A DNA stretch of 39,360 bases from a virus (taxonomy: Duplodnaviria > Caudoviricetes): positions 1 to 39,360 of IMG/VR virus record IMGVR_UViG_3300031922_000033. One strand, 5' to 3'. The notes beneath the pieces were generated by a model, which searched no databases, was not told where the DNA came from, and saw only the letters and a program-made list of their open reading frames with translations. A program made the position numbers and the translations under genes. Shown in pieces: positions 26,372-36,105 of this stretch. The number at the start of each line of letters is the position of its first letter. The first letter of the stretch is position 1.

Positions 26372-28800
26372 ACCTTGGGACGATATATGCGAGCTTGGGA
26401 CTGCGCATGGACAGGTTTGTACAGGCGAAGGAACAAGCGAAAATCCATATTACCGCTCTCGAACGCAGAATGATCCAGATGGAAGAAGCATCAAATCTGC
26501 TTGCTAAAGGTGTACTTGCAGCAGGCGCGGCGATGGGTGCAGCAGGGATGTATTCAATACACATGGCTGCACAGATGGAACAGGCTGAGATTGCGTTTGG
26601 TACTCTTCTTGGCTCAGGAGAAAAAGCTAAGGAGTTCCTGGATGATTTGGCGACTTTTGCAGCCAGAACGCCGTTTGACCTTCCGGGACTCAGACAAAGC
26701 AGTAGGATGCTCTTGGCGTTTGGATTTCAGGCAGAAGAGATAATTCCGATGATGACTGCTGTCGGTGATAGCGTAGCAGCATTAGGTGGCGGGACGTTCG
26801 AGATACAGCGTGTTGTGAGAGCACTTGGACAGATGCAAGCAAAAGGACGAGTTTCCAGCCAAGAGATGATGCAATTAGCTGAGTTAGGCGTTCCTGCTTG
26901 GGAGATGCTTGCAAAAGAGATTGGTGTCAGTGTGCCGGAAGCCATGAAATTAGCTGAACAAGGTGCTATTGATGGAATGACTGGTGTTAATGCTCTGGTT
27001 ACCGCAATGGGGCAGCGTTTCGAAGGAGCGATGGACGATCAGTCAAAATCGATACTCGGTATGTGGTCAACGATAATGGATAACCTCAATATCACTGCGG
27101 CGCATACTGGAAACGCACTGATTGAGGCGTTTGACATATCTGATCACATGCAAAACGCTATCGAAGCGCTCGATGAACTACGTATAACGATGGAAGCTTT
27201 TGCTAAGGTTGTTGAAGAGCGAGGGATAGCAGCAGCATTTACAGAATTGTTTGGCCCTGGTACAACCACGGCCGTTTTAGCATTAGGAGGCGCTATATTA
27301 ACCGGACTTGTTCCATCTATCTATGCGGCAACCAAAGCCTTATGGTTGAAGTTTGCAGCATTAGCAGCATTGAAACCGTGGTTGCTGGTTGGTGCGGCGG
27401 CGGGAGGAATTCTGGCAGCGTCAATGATCGCACAGACAGAAGCTACTCGGGGAAGTAACAAGTCTCTTCAAGACCACATCGATGAACTAAGAAGGCAGCA
27501 AAGCAATACTCGGCAATCGACCACAGAGACTCGAGGGCTAAGGACGGAGCTTCGGAATACAGGGCGTACGGCACAAACGACAGGACGGAACATCGCAGAC
27601 GCAGCACGAGAAGCGCAAAACGCAATTCAGACTGCGACTCGCAGAATTGACAGGTTGCATGATGCGCTCGTTAACGCTTTGCGTCGGAAGTATAGCAGAG
27701 AGCGGGATATTGCATTAAGTCACTTAGACGAAATATATCGCGCAAGGCGAAGAACGATCGAGCAGCAACTTGACGCATTAGACGAGGGCGCACGACAAGA
27801 AGATCATACTCGAAATATGGGAGAAAAGCAGGATGCCTTGAGCTTACTTCAACGTGAGTTGATGTATGAAACAGATATGCGGCGCAGAGCGGATATCCAA
27901 AATAGGATTGCAGAACTGCAAAAAGAAATTAACGAAGAGACACGCAGGTTTGAGCGTGAAAGCGAACGAAACAGGCTACAAGAGCAGTTAGAAGCACTAG
28001 GCGAAGAAGAGACAAATGTTAAGACTGCTACAGAAAATATATGGGATAAAAGGCTCGAAGACGCAAAACTCGGAGGAGAAGCAGAAAAACTTATTATAGC
28101 CGGGAACCAGCAAGCGATTCTTGAGTTGCTTAAAACATATGGTGATGGGTGGCGTGATATCGGCGCAACATTCGGTCAGCGGTTAATTGAAGGAATGGGC
28201 ACATACCCGGAAGAACTTAGAAATATGGTCGTGGGAGCGTTGAATGACGTTAGAGCTGCTGCTGATGGCACGATTGCAAGGTTGCGACTAGTAGCTGAAG
28301 AAGGCACAAGAGCAGCACAGGCGGGCGCGGGTGTAGGTGTGGGCGTAGGACGTACACCAGCTCGGGTTGACAGGCTGACACTGGAAGAACAGCATCGGCA
28401 AAGACAACAAGCGGAACAGCAAGCAATGCAAGAATATATTCAGAGAGCAGGACGAGTACAAACACCAAGGCAAGAAACCGCTATGCAAAGACACCTTCAA
28501 GGGGTAGCGGCAAGACCGGCAGTTATAGGCGCAAGACCTGAACCTTCGCTAATTAATCAACTAACCGATGCTTACAATCGGCACGTGGCGATACCCTTAT
28601 CGCGTGTTCTGGAAAACTTAGCAGGCGGTGCCGGACTGATTCGAAGACGTGAGCCTGAACGACCGGATGCAGTGACACATACTGGGCCGCTGATAAACAT
28701 TCAGACAATGAATGTGCGTAAAGAAGATGATATTCAAAACATAAGCAGGAATTTACACCGACAGATTCAGTCGGGCACTAGGGCGAGAGGGGGCAGATAA
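26362..28800 (+). CDS. Tape measure protein
   Basis: 812 aa, MAVDLGTIYASL start, FAARTPF...ALGQMQAKG tape-measure domain, coiled coils, hydrophobic segments. Confidence 0.92.
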   Translation: MAVDLGTIYASLGLRMDRFVQAKEQAKIHITALERRMIQMEEASNLLAKGVLAAGAAMGAAGMYSIHMAAQMEQAEIAFGTLLGSGEKAKEFLDDLATFAARTPFDLPGLRQSSRMLLAFGFQAEEIIPMMTAVGDSVAALGGGTFEIQRVVRALGQMQAKGRVSSQEMMQLAELGVPAWEMLAKEIGVSVPEAMKLAEQGAIDGMTGVNALVTAMGQRFEGAMDDQSKSILGMWSTIMDNLNITAAHTGNALIEAFDISDHMQNAIEALDELRITMEAFAKVVEERGIAAAFTELFGPGTTTAVLALGGAILTGLVPSIYAATKALWLKFAALAALKPWLLVGAAAGGILAASMIAQTEATRGSNKSLQDHIDELRRQQSNTRQSTTETRGLRTELRNTGRTAQTTGRNIADAAREAQNAIQTATRRIDRLHDALVNALRRKYSRERDIALSHLDEIYRARRRTIEQQLDALDEGARQEDHTRNMGEKQDALSLLQRELMYETDMRRRADIQNRIAELQKEINEETRRFERESERNRLQEQLEALGEEETNVKTATENIWDKRLEDAKLGGEAEKLIIAGNQQAILELLKTYGDGWRDIGATFGQRLIEGMGTYPEELRNMVVGALNDVRAAADGTIARLRLVAEEGTRAAQAGAGVGVGVGRTPARVDRLTLEEQHRQRQQAEQQAMQEYIQRAGRVQTPRQETAMQRHLQGVAARPAVIGARPEPSLINQLTDAYNRHVAIPLSRVLENLAGGAGLIRRREPERPDAVTHTGPLINIQTMNVRKEDDIQNISRNLHRQIQSGTRARGGR

Positions 28801-28803
28801 GAG

Positions 28804-29577
28804 GTGAGCCACTTTTCTTTTGCAGGTGAACACTCGACTCTCTATCATGTTCGGATGCTCAAATCTGAAGAGTCGATACTCCCTCCTACCCGTGATAAGG
28901 TTATTTTGTTGCCCGGTAGACATGGCGCATTGAGAATGTTGCCAGACTTGGGAGAGCGTCACATCACACTCGAGTGTTGGCTTGATGTTGATACAATCCC
29001 GTTCATCGAGGGGCAGAGACAGGAAAGGCTTCGTGCAGTCGCCGCATGGCTTAATCCGCTGCGTGGAGTTCAGAAACTAATATTTGATTATGATACCGAC
29101 AAGTATTTTGACGCAATCGTTACTTCGCAGGGGATAAACTCACGTATAGAAGTACATCAGGGGATTTTCCCTGTGGAGTTTGTCTGTCCTGACCCATTCT
29201 ATTATGATGCGGCCCCGGATGTCGTGACAATAGCTGTATCTCCTCATCAGCATAATCAGCGCGGCACAGCACCGGCGGATCCTTTACTCAGATTACAGGG
29301 AGTATCGCTTGGTGGTTCGCAGAGGCTAATAATCCAAATTGGTACGCTGTCTGTCACATATACGGGGGCATTAGCTGCAGGAAACTGGTTGGAGATAGAC
29401 TGTCAGGCAAAGACAGTGTTTCGAGTAGTTGGAGCAACACGGACAAGGGTGCTTGCGCTTTTAGAGCGTCCTGTCTTTCCACAGCTTGCGCCCGGCATAA
29501 ATACGATAACGATAACTGCAACGGGTGGGGCAACTTGGTCACGCCTAGACATCCACTGCCGGAATAGATGGCTTTAG
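28804..29577 (+). CDS. Distal tail protein (Dit)
   Basis: FSFAG start, LIFDYDTDKYF, FVCPDPFYY, LAPGIN, ends RNRWL. Confidence 0.88.
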   Translation: MSHFSFAGEHSTLYHVRMLKSEESILPPTRDKVILLPGRHGALRMLPDLGERHITLECWLDVDTIPFIEGQRQERLRAVAAWLNPLRGVQKLIFDYDTDKYFDAIVTSQGINSRIEVHQGIFPVEFVCPDPFYYDAAPDVVTIAVSPHQHNQRGTAPADPLLRLQGVSLGGSQRLIIQIGTLSVTYTGALAAGNWLEIDCQAKTVFRVVGATRTRVLALLERPVFPQLAPGINTITITATGGATWSRLDIHCRNRWL

Positions 29578-29607
29578 TCGCCCTCGTGCGGGGGCGTGGA
29601 TTGAAAA
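29577..29607 (+). CRISPR. Solitary type I-C CRISPR repeat within the late operon
   Basis: GTCGCCCTCGTGCGGGGGCGTGGATTGAAAA: GTCGC 5' end, 7-bp stem CGCCCTC/GGGGGCG, GTGGATTGAAA 3' handle; same family as the repeats at 39202 and 39261. Confidence 0.85.
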
Positions 29608-29637
29608 AAACAAACAAACAAGCAAGGAGGCGAAATT

Positions 29638-30642
29638 ATGGCGCAAACACCGTTTAAGAGAATAGAGAGCCGTGAAATTTACGGTGCTGATATCTCCGGT
29701 CTGCAAGACGCCATAAACAAGATGGAGGCTGTTTTGGATATGCTGACGACGAGTGTGACGAATCATTCATTACTAGCGGTATCTGATCAGCCTGAACCTG
29801 CACTGCATCGCAGGATATACGAAGGAACGATCCGTAATTGGCTAGAGACTCCTGTACCGGTAATCAGACGGGACGGTGTGGTTGTGTCACCTGCTGAATA
29901 TATTCTCTATGCAGCACAAGGAATGATTGTCTTTAATCAGCAGCAAACATTAGGCGTCGGGATTACAGCCGATTTCACACATATTCGTGCGGAATCGCCA
30001 CTGTCAGGGCATGTCGGCGCGGGTGGAGGCGTTCACTCGGCGGCTTCACATGCAGCAGCAGGTTTTATGTCGGCGACAGACAAAGTGGTTTTTGATGCTT
30101 GGTCGGAACTGTATCTATCGCAACGTCAGATAGGCCGATACATGGGTAGTAATATTACCGGTGGAACAGAGACGATGACGGTAGCAGCAAATCAGTTTGA
30201 TGTAACGAACTTTTATCTTCCATTTACCATGACATTTGACAGAATCATGGTTCGAGTAATGACTGCTGTAGCCGGGAATTGCAGAATAGGAGTTTACGCT
30301 AGTGATCCGGCAACTTTTTATCCGACTACACGTTTGTTAAACGCAGGTATAGTGACAACAGGTACGACCGGAGACAGAGAACTAACGATTAATCTCACAC
30401 TAACCCGTGGATGGTATTGGCTGGCACGTTTGCATGATGCCGCTCCCGGACTTCTTGGAATATCCGGAGCAGCTATGCCCGCAACTATGCTCAGAATGCC
30501 ATTCGACCCTGCGTTTTCGGGATTCGTTACGAATTTCCGAATCGCTCGTACTTATGCCGAAGATTTGCCAGAACTGTTTCCGGGTGGAGCAATCGCTCGA
30601 ACAGGAGGACAAGTGGCTGTATTTCTCAGGAGGGCTGCATAG
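29638..30642 (+). CDS. Tail fibre/baseplate protein, candidate receptor-binding protein
   Basis: After Dit; HSAASHAAAGFMSATDK tail-fibre repeat motif; beta-rich C-terminal domain. Confidence 0.7.
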   Translation: MAQTPFKRIESREIYGADISGLQDAINKMEAVLDMLTTSVTNHSLLAVSDQPEPALHRRIYEGTIRNWLETPVPVIRRDGVVVSPAEYILYAAQGMIVFNQQQTLGVGITADFTHIRAESPLSGHVGAGGGVHSAASHAAAGFMSATDKVVFDAWSELYLSQRQIGRYMGSNITGGTETMTVAANQFDVTNFYLPFTMTFDRIMVRVMTAVAGNCRIGVYASDPATFYPTTRLLNAGIVTTGTTGDRELTINLTLTRGWYWLARLHDAAPGLLGISGAAMPATMLRMPFDPAFSGFVTNFRIARTYAEDLPELFPGGAIARTGGQVAVFLRRAA

Positions 30643-32103
30643 ATGTACAATGTTGGCAATCTTTATAATACGGGTGATCAATACAACATTATACAGCAAT
30701 TGTGGAAGCCGCCAGCATGGTATACACATCTTGGCCATGCGTTGCCGATTCTCGTTAATGCTCAGCTAAGACCAGAAGTTTTACTTTACGCTGCATATGA
30801 GATATTTACGGACGAGCAGCTCGCAGGCGAAGATAAGCTTACGTTCAGACTACCGCATCCCATGCCATCAGAAATGACGGTTGGTGTATTAATTGACTTG
30901 GCCGGAAAGATTTACCGAGTGACAATTATATCGGCTCGTGAAGATGAGCAAGGGACACGTTTTGTAGAAGTCGAGGCATGGGCGCTCTGGTATGATTTGA
31001 TTAAGATGCCGGAATTACCGGCTCAAGAATGGATAGGAGCATCAATATCAGAGATTTTAGATTGGCTTTTACCGGGTTCAAGGTGGACAGCGCATGGAAT
31101 CACAGTTACATCTCGGCGCAATCTGCGTTGGGGCGGGGGCAGTAACCGTCTGGAATGCCTAAGGGCAATGGAAAGAGTTTTTAATGCTGAAATAAAGTGG
31201 GATACAGTAAATCGAATCATATCTGTCGCATCGGCGGTTGGACCAGAGACGGGCTTGTTCTTTCTGAGAGGGAAGAATCTTCGTACGGCTGAGTCAGAAA
31301 TAAGTTTCGTTGATACAGTACATCGGCTCTATCCACGCGGACATAGAGGGTTGACGATTTCTACAGTCAATAATGGTTTGCCGTATCTGGAAGTGCCGAG
31401 TCCTTATGATCCGCCACCATCTGCTGTACTGGTAGCCGAAGAATTCACAGACCCACATCAGTTGAAGGAGTACGCAGAGATAGTATTCGCTACTATGAAT
31501 ACTCCGCAAGTGAATTATACATGCGGAATTGTTGATTTATCTGCGATGCCTGGTTATGAAGAAGAGACAATCAGGCTCGGCGATGTGGTAACAGTATTTG
31601 ACGAAGGTGCGGGTATCAATATCAAGACTCGTGTTGTCCGGATGCGTTACAGTGTAGAAGAGCCGTGGAATAGCGAGATAGAGCTGGCGACGATACGGCA
31701 AGATTTAAGTAGCACACTTGAAAATATGCAGCGAGATACCGCGCGATTCGAAGCAGCGGACACCATTAGCTCGCAGGACATCGCTCAGCTTATGGTGTTC
31801 AACCATCTGCTTAATTCTCGTGCTGATGATGGATTTGCGTACTGGGTGAACGACGGGTGGGAAGTCGATAATACACGTGGGTTCTCAGGCCCCGCTTCCT
31901 TCCGTGCTGTTGGGCAGCCTGGCATATCAAAGACTTTGCTTCAAACAGTCTGGCCGGCACATAGGGAAAACTATGTTATCAGCTTGCGGGCGCTGCTTGA
32001 GAATGTATCAGTAGGAGCTCTAGGCCGCTTAGGCGTGGAGGTTGTCGTTCATTACACAGACGGAACAAGCGAAATTCACTTCATTTCATTGTTGGGGGTA
32101 TAA
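30643..32103 (+). CDS. Tail spike/hub protein (Tal-like, prophage endopeptidase-tail family)
   Basis: GKNL...TVHRLYPRG..GL, IRLGDVVTV...RVV motifs. Confidence 0.8.
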   Translation: MYNVGNLYNTGDQYNIIQQLWKPPAWYTHLGHALPILVNAQLRPEVLLYAAYEIFTDEQLAGEDKLTFRLPHPMPSEMTVGVLIDLAGKIYRVTIISAREDEQGTRFVEVEAWALWYDLIKMPELPAQEWIGASISEILDWLLPGSRWTAHGITVTSRRNLRWGGGSNRLECLRAMERVFNAEIKWDTVNRIISVASAVGPETGLFFLRGKNLRTAESEISFVDTVHRLYPRGHRGLTISTVNNGLPYLEVPSPYDPPPSAVLVAEEFTDPHQLKEYAEIVFATMNTPQVNYTCGIVDLSAMPGYEEETIRLGDVVTVFDEGAGINIKTRVVRMRYSVEEPWNSEIELATIRQDLSSTLENMQRDTARFEAADTISSQDIAQLMVFNHLLNSRADDGFAYWVNDGWEVDNTRGFSGPASFRAVGQPGISKTLLQTVWPAHRENYVISLRALLENVSVGALGRLGVEVVVHYTDGTSEIHFISLLGV

Positions 32104-32105
32104 AT

Positions 32106-32294
32106 ATGTGGCAATCGTTAGTGATGATTATACCCACTCCGGGGACAAAGACAGTCGCAAAAGTAGATATTAGGCTATGCGCTGAGGATATGGCTGGTAA
32201 TGTCAATATGACTGATGTGATGTTTCAGGGCGGGGTGCTGGCTACTATCTGGAGCGGACATACGGCAGAAATCAGATTCTCATTTGAACAGTGA
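32106..32294 (+). CDS. Small tail protein
   Basis: TDVMFQGG motif echoed by TDLMLQEG in the next gene. Confidence 0.65.
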   Translation: MWQSLVMIIPTPGTKTVAKVDIRLCAEDMAGNVNMTDVMFQGGVLATIWSGHTAEIRFSFEQ

Positions 32295-32300
32295 GGCATT

Positions 32301-32930
32301 ATGAAAAGATACTTCAACCGGATTGATATCAAAGAAAAAAGCAAGCGTGTTCAGAGAATTGATTTTAGGCCTGTTGTGCAGAATGCTACCGGTATAGTCA
32401 CCCTGACAGACTTGATGCTTCAAGAAGGAGCGCAGTTATCTGGACATCTTCCGGCAACTCGTGAAATGTTACGAAGATTGAGAGAGAACAACCTACCAGC
32501 AGGGCCTAAGTTCTTCAATGCTCTCATTCGAGGGCGACAGACGTTAATAATTCCGAATCGGGGTGCATGGAGGACAGTCGTTCTTAATGCGCCTGTAGTG
32601 CCAACAGCGATTGACTTTACAGTACTGGCGAAAACTGCAATACCCGCTGGGATGCAGTTTTCTCATTTTTATAGAACAAGGCGTTTGTCGTATGGGAATC
32701 CGCTGATAGCAGGGGATATGTTTGAATTCTTAGCCAGCCAAAGGGTAGTCAGACATAACGGAATACCGACAAGATTCTACACCGGCTTTTTTCACCAGTG
32801 CGCAGCAGGTAATTCACGTTTCAATATTGATTTGATGGCCGAAGGGGCGACTATCCGGCCACAGCCGACAGCAAGAATTCTAATAGAAATACAAGAATGG
32901 GAATTAGCGAGTGGGGGTAGAAGATTATGA
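32301..32930 (+). CDS. Tail protein
   Basis: 209-aa ORF in tail module. Confidence 0.65.
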   Translation: MKRYFNRIDIKEKSKRVQRIDFRPVVQNATGIVTLTDLMLQEGAQLSGHLPATREMLRRLRENNLPAGPKFFNALIRGRQTLIIPNRGAWRTVVLNAPVVPTAIDFTVLAKTAIPAGMQFSHFYRTRRLSYGNPLIAGDMFEFLASQRVVRHNGIPTRFYTGFFHQCAAGNSRFNIDLMAEGATIRPQPTARILIEIQEWELASGGRRL

Positions 32931-35434
32931 GTCTGCGTGCACAAGGGAATACAGTCATGTCGTGGACATTCTTAAAGACTGCCCGTGCTCGTCAGGAGTG
33001 GTGGGATCATGGAGATAAGTTTACTACTCTTGGCTTGTTTGATTTTCTTGTGCCGGATAACACAGGCCAGCTTGTAGGGACAATCCCGCAAGCTGATTTA
33101 GACAGAATAGCGCGATGGCCGAATACTCAGTATCTGCTGACAGTACGTAACGACGGCATCCTGCCAAGATTTGAAGCTATAGTCAACAATACCGGAGGTG
33201 CGCAGGATAGGTTTATCAGTGATTTGCACCGCATACTCGACATGTATCCATTTGCTGCCGGTGTGGATGTAGACTTAGAAAAAGGACCGAATGATAATCC
33301 CGATGGGGTCATTCTCTTAGCGAGACGAATCTACAACAGTATTAAAGCTCGCCCTGCTCAGCGTTATGTGCATTGGTGTTTACCGCCGATGACCGGCGAT
33401 AGAACGCCATTTTGGGAACGATGGTGTGACTACAAGCGCATGGAGCCTTACTTTGATTCAGCTATCATCATGAGCTATGCGTTTGCGTGGTCTGGAAGTG
33501 CTCCAGGGCCTATAAGTCCTATGTGGTGGCTAGAAGACATCTACGATTACGCTATAACGAGAATCCCGTCTGAGAAGATTCGTCTAGGGATTGTCGGGTT
33601 TGGCTTCCGATGGCAGATATACCGCAATCTTATTGAAGGTGAGATGTATCGGGGACGAAGCCTGTCATATTTTGCGGCTCTGGATTGGCAGCAGGGACTC
33701 GATATTCACCATGACAATCAATCGCCTATCCCGTTCGCCGGCTATCACGACCATGATAGTCTAAGTCCGTTTCTGATGCTGCATGTATACGATTTTTTAG
33801 AAGGACGGGATGCATCAAGCATCCAAGAGCCAGCTAGAGGAGTCTCAGGTTCTGTTGGAGGGACAAGACGAGATTATCTCATAACATACGAAAAGACGCC
33901 TGTGTACGACTTTCAGGGGACTATTATAGACCGAACAGGCGACAGCTTCGATGAAGTATCAGGAGCTATGACTGTTGGAGTTGGCTGGATTGCACCGAGA
34001 GAACCACAATTATTGCCTCCTCCACCGGGTTCACCGCCTAATACGCCTTCGACATGGGAAGATGACGGGCTGGCAATATTCAAATTCGACGTGGCGATTT
34101 CGGGAACTTACCAGCTGGTAGTAAGAGCTAATGCTCCGTGGTGGAGCATGCAGCTTCTTCAAGTACGTCTGAATGGCAGCGGTTTGCAAGTCGGAACGTT
34201 TCCAGATTGGTATCCATTGCACCGACGAATTCATTGGTTGTCCTTGGGGACTCATAATTTACTGGCGGGAGAAAATATGCTGGAAGTCCACGGCAGCGGC
34301 AGTCAGAATGGAACACAGTTTTGGGGATTTAGAATTTGTAGCAGTTTCGGCATGAGCATGACCGGAGGGGGCGGGACTTATACCCTGATGCCGCGTAGAT
34401 TCAAAGCGCTAAATGGTGCTTGGGTATTGCCTGCAAACTTCATCTTGACGGCTGAGGTTTTACGTCACGATCCTGAACATGCATGGGTTTGGTATGACGA
34501 CTTCAGGGACGATACAATGGCATTTTACCGCAGAAGCGGAGGTACCTGGAGTATTGATACTTATATCGAGCGAAGAGTATTGATACAATCCGATGCGGCT
34601 TCCGAAGATGCACAAATTCATCTTTCGTACTATGCGTTTAGCGACTTGAATATTCGAGCAAGAATGCGGATGACTGTCGGGAATGGGACGATGGGAATAG
34701 TGTTTAAAGCGCAGGGATTCAGTGATCTGTATCTGTTCTTGCTAAGGCGCAGTACTCAGACAGCAGAACTTTGGCATAGGGTAGCCGGGGTGTGGACGAA
34801 GATTGCGGCTGATGTAGTACAGACGGTTAACCTAGACACTTCATACACGCTCAGAGTTCGAAGCAGAGGGAATGAGCTCAGGTGTTGGGTTGGCGATAAT
34901 CGAGTATTTAATGTTTCCGCAGCTCTCCCGACTTCTGGAGGGTTCGGAATCCGTACCAGCGGAGCAGCGATCGAGTGCGGGCTGCTTGACGCAGGGGACC
35001 CATATGTGTTTGTCCCTCAAGAAGCGGTGGATATAATAACGCCCGCAGGTCAAACATTGGAGTATGGAAGAATTCCTCGTACAGGAGTAACGTGGCTTCA
35101 GCCGTGGGAGTACTTTCGATATACCGGTGCTGGCGAAGAGCGCGATACCAGAACAGAAGAGATTTCACTTGACTTCGATTATGCTCATACTCCGGCATTC
35201 GCAGGATTTGAGGATAATCGGTTAATGACGGTTAAGCTCCGTGACCGTGGCATCTGGGTGTCAAAATTATATCTTGGCGATGCCTTGGGATTCAGTATCG
35301 TTCATTACTCAGATGCGGAGCACTTTCATCTAATTAGAAATCTGGCGAAACATCGCTGGGGACTGAAGGGGGTGGCTTGGTGGACATTGGGATTGCAGGA
35401 TTCCCGAGTACTTACGGGGATTCCTGTATTTTGA
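32927..35434 (+). CDS. Virion-associated GH18 glycoside hydrolase with inserted beta-sandwich domains
   Basis: GVDVDLE (DxDxE), IMSY, PGPISP, and C-terminal GLKGVAWWTLG closing the barrel after a long insertion. Confidence 0.85.
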   Translation: MSLRAQGNTVMSWTFLKTARARQEWWDHGDKFTTLGLFDFLVPDNTGQLVGTIPQADLDRIARWPNTQYLLTVRNDGILPRFEAIVNNTGGAQDRFISDLHRILDMYPFAAGVDVDLEKGPNDNPDGVILLARRIYNSIKARPAQRYVHWCLPPMTGDRTPFWERWCDYKRMEPYFDSAIIMSYAFAWSGSAPGPISPMWWLEDIYDYAITRIPSEKIRLGIVGFGFRWQIYRNLIEGEMYRGRSLSYFAALDWQQGLDIHHDNQSPIPFAGYHDHDSLSPFLMLHVYDFLEGRDASSIQEPARGVSGSVGGTRRDYLITYEKTPVYDFQGTIIDRTGDSFDEVSGAMTVGVGWIAPREPQLLPPPPGSPPNTPSTWEDDGLAIFKFDVAISGTYQLVVRANAPWWSMQLLQVRLNGSGLQVGTFPDWYPLHRRIHWLSLGTHNLLAGENMLEVHGSGSQNGTQFWGFRICSSFGMSMTGGGGTYTLMPRRFKALNGAWVLPANFILTAEVLRHDPEHAWVWYDDFRDDTMAFYRRSGGTWSIDTYIERRVLIQSDAASEDAQIHLSYYAFSDLNIRARMRMTVGNGTMGIVFKAQGFSDLYLFLLRRSTQTAELWHRVAGVWTKIAADVVQTVNLDTSYTLRVRSRGNELRCWVGDNRVFNVSAALPTSGGFGIRTSGAAIECGLLDAGDPYVFVPQEAVDIITPAGQTLEYGRIPRTGVTWLQPWEYFRYTGAGEERDTRTEEISLDFDYAHTPAFAGFEDNRLMTVKLRDRGIWVSKLYLGDALGFSIVHYSDAEHFHLIRNLAKHRWGLKGVAWWTLGLQDSRVLTGIPVF

Positions 35435-35499
35435 AGGGAGGTGGTTTAGGAATTTTGGTGCTTTATCAAAGAATTTATTAAAAAAAAGGAGTGTTCAAA

Positions 35500-36105
35500 A
35501 TGTCGTGGTTAGAACATCATAGAAGGTTTTGTGTTAACAGGTCGAATCAAACAATTTCCGTAAGAGCTCCTGTAAATGACCCTCAAGGACCAATCGTAGG
35601 CACTATTAGACCGGGAGATTTCTTTCGATGGGAGGGAGTAAGGCTTTTTGGAACGTGGGGTGCTGATAATAGAGTAGAGGTGCATTTTAGAGACGCTACT
35701 GGGAGATTTACTGTTGGAGGCTTTGGGTTTACAGCTGTTCAAGATCAGCCAAATTTCTATGCTCCTGTGGCAAACTTCCGTAGGTTAAATGTATCGTGGA
35801 ACGGGATGACTTTGAATGTTTTTGAAATTCAGAATCGTCCAGTAGAGCTTGTAAATTCAAATGGAATTTTAATACAGACATTGCTTCTAGGTACTAGAAT
35901 CGGAGTCAATGGGATAGGGGTTATGGGAACGGCTCTGTTTTCACATTGGATTGCACATGCTGTATTAAGGACCCCAGGTGAGCACTTACCTGAACAATGG
36001 CAATGGGCTGATGTAGTGAATAATCAACACGGCTTTGTCAATACCGGTTTGAGTATTGCGAATCGTGCGGAAACAATTTCTATCCGTACTAATCTAGTAC
36101 CCTAA
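35500..36105 (+). CDS. Accessory hypothetical protein, possibly two SH3-like domains
   Basis: AAGGAG RBS before ATG 35500; IVGTIRPGD and IQTLLLGT segments. Confidence 0.65.
   Translation: MSWLEHHRRFCVNRSNQTISVRAPVNDPQGPIVGTIRPGDFFRWEGVRLFGTWGADNRVEVHFRDATGRFTVGGFGFTAVQDQPNFYAPVANFRRLNVSWNGMTLNVFEIQNRPVELVNSNGILIQTLLLGTRIGVNGIGVMGTALFSHWIAHAVLRTPGEHLPEQWQWADVVNNQHGFVNTGLSIANRAETISIRTNLVP

Noticed and set aside
29638-35434. Diversity-generating retroelement or invertible shufflon acting on tail fibres
   Set aside because: No reverse transcriptase or invertase, and no template/variable repeat pair seen
35448-35474. Second sigma-H-like promoter AGGAATT-N13-AAAGAAT before the 35500 gene
   Set aside because: Spacing exceeds the consensus; too weak to call
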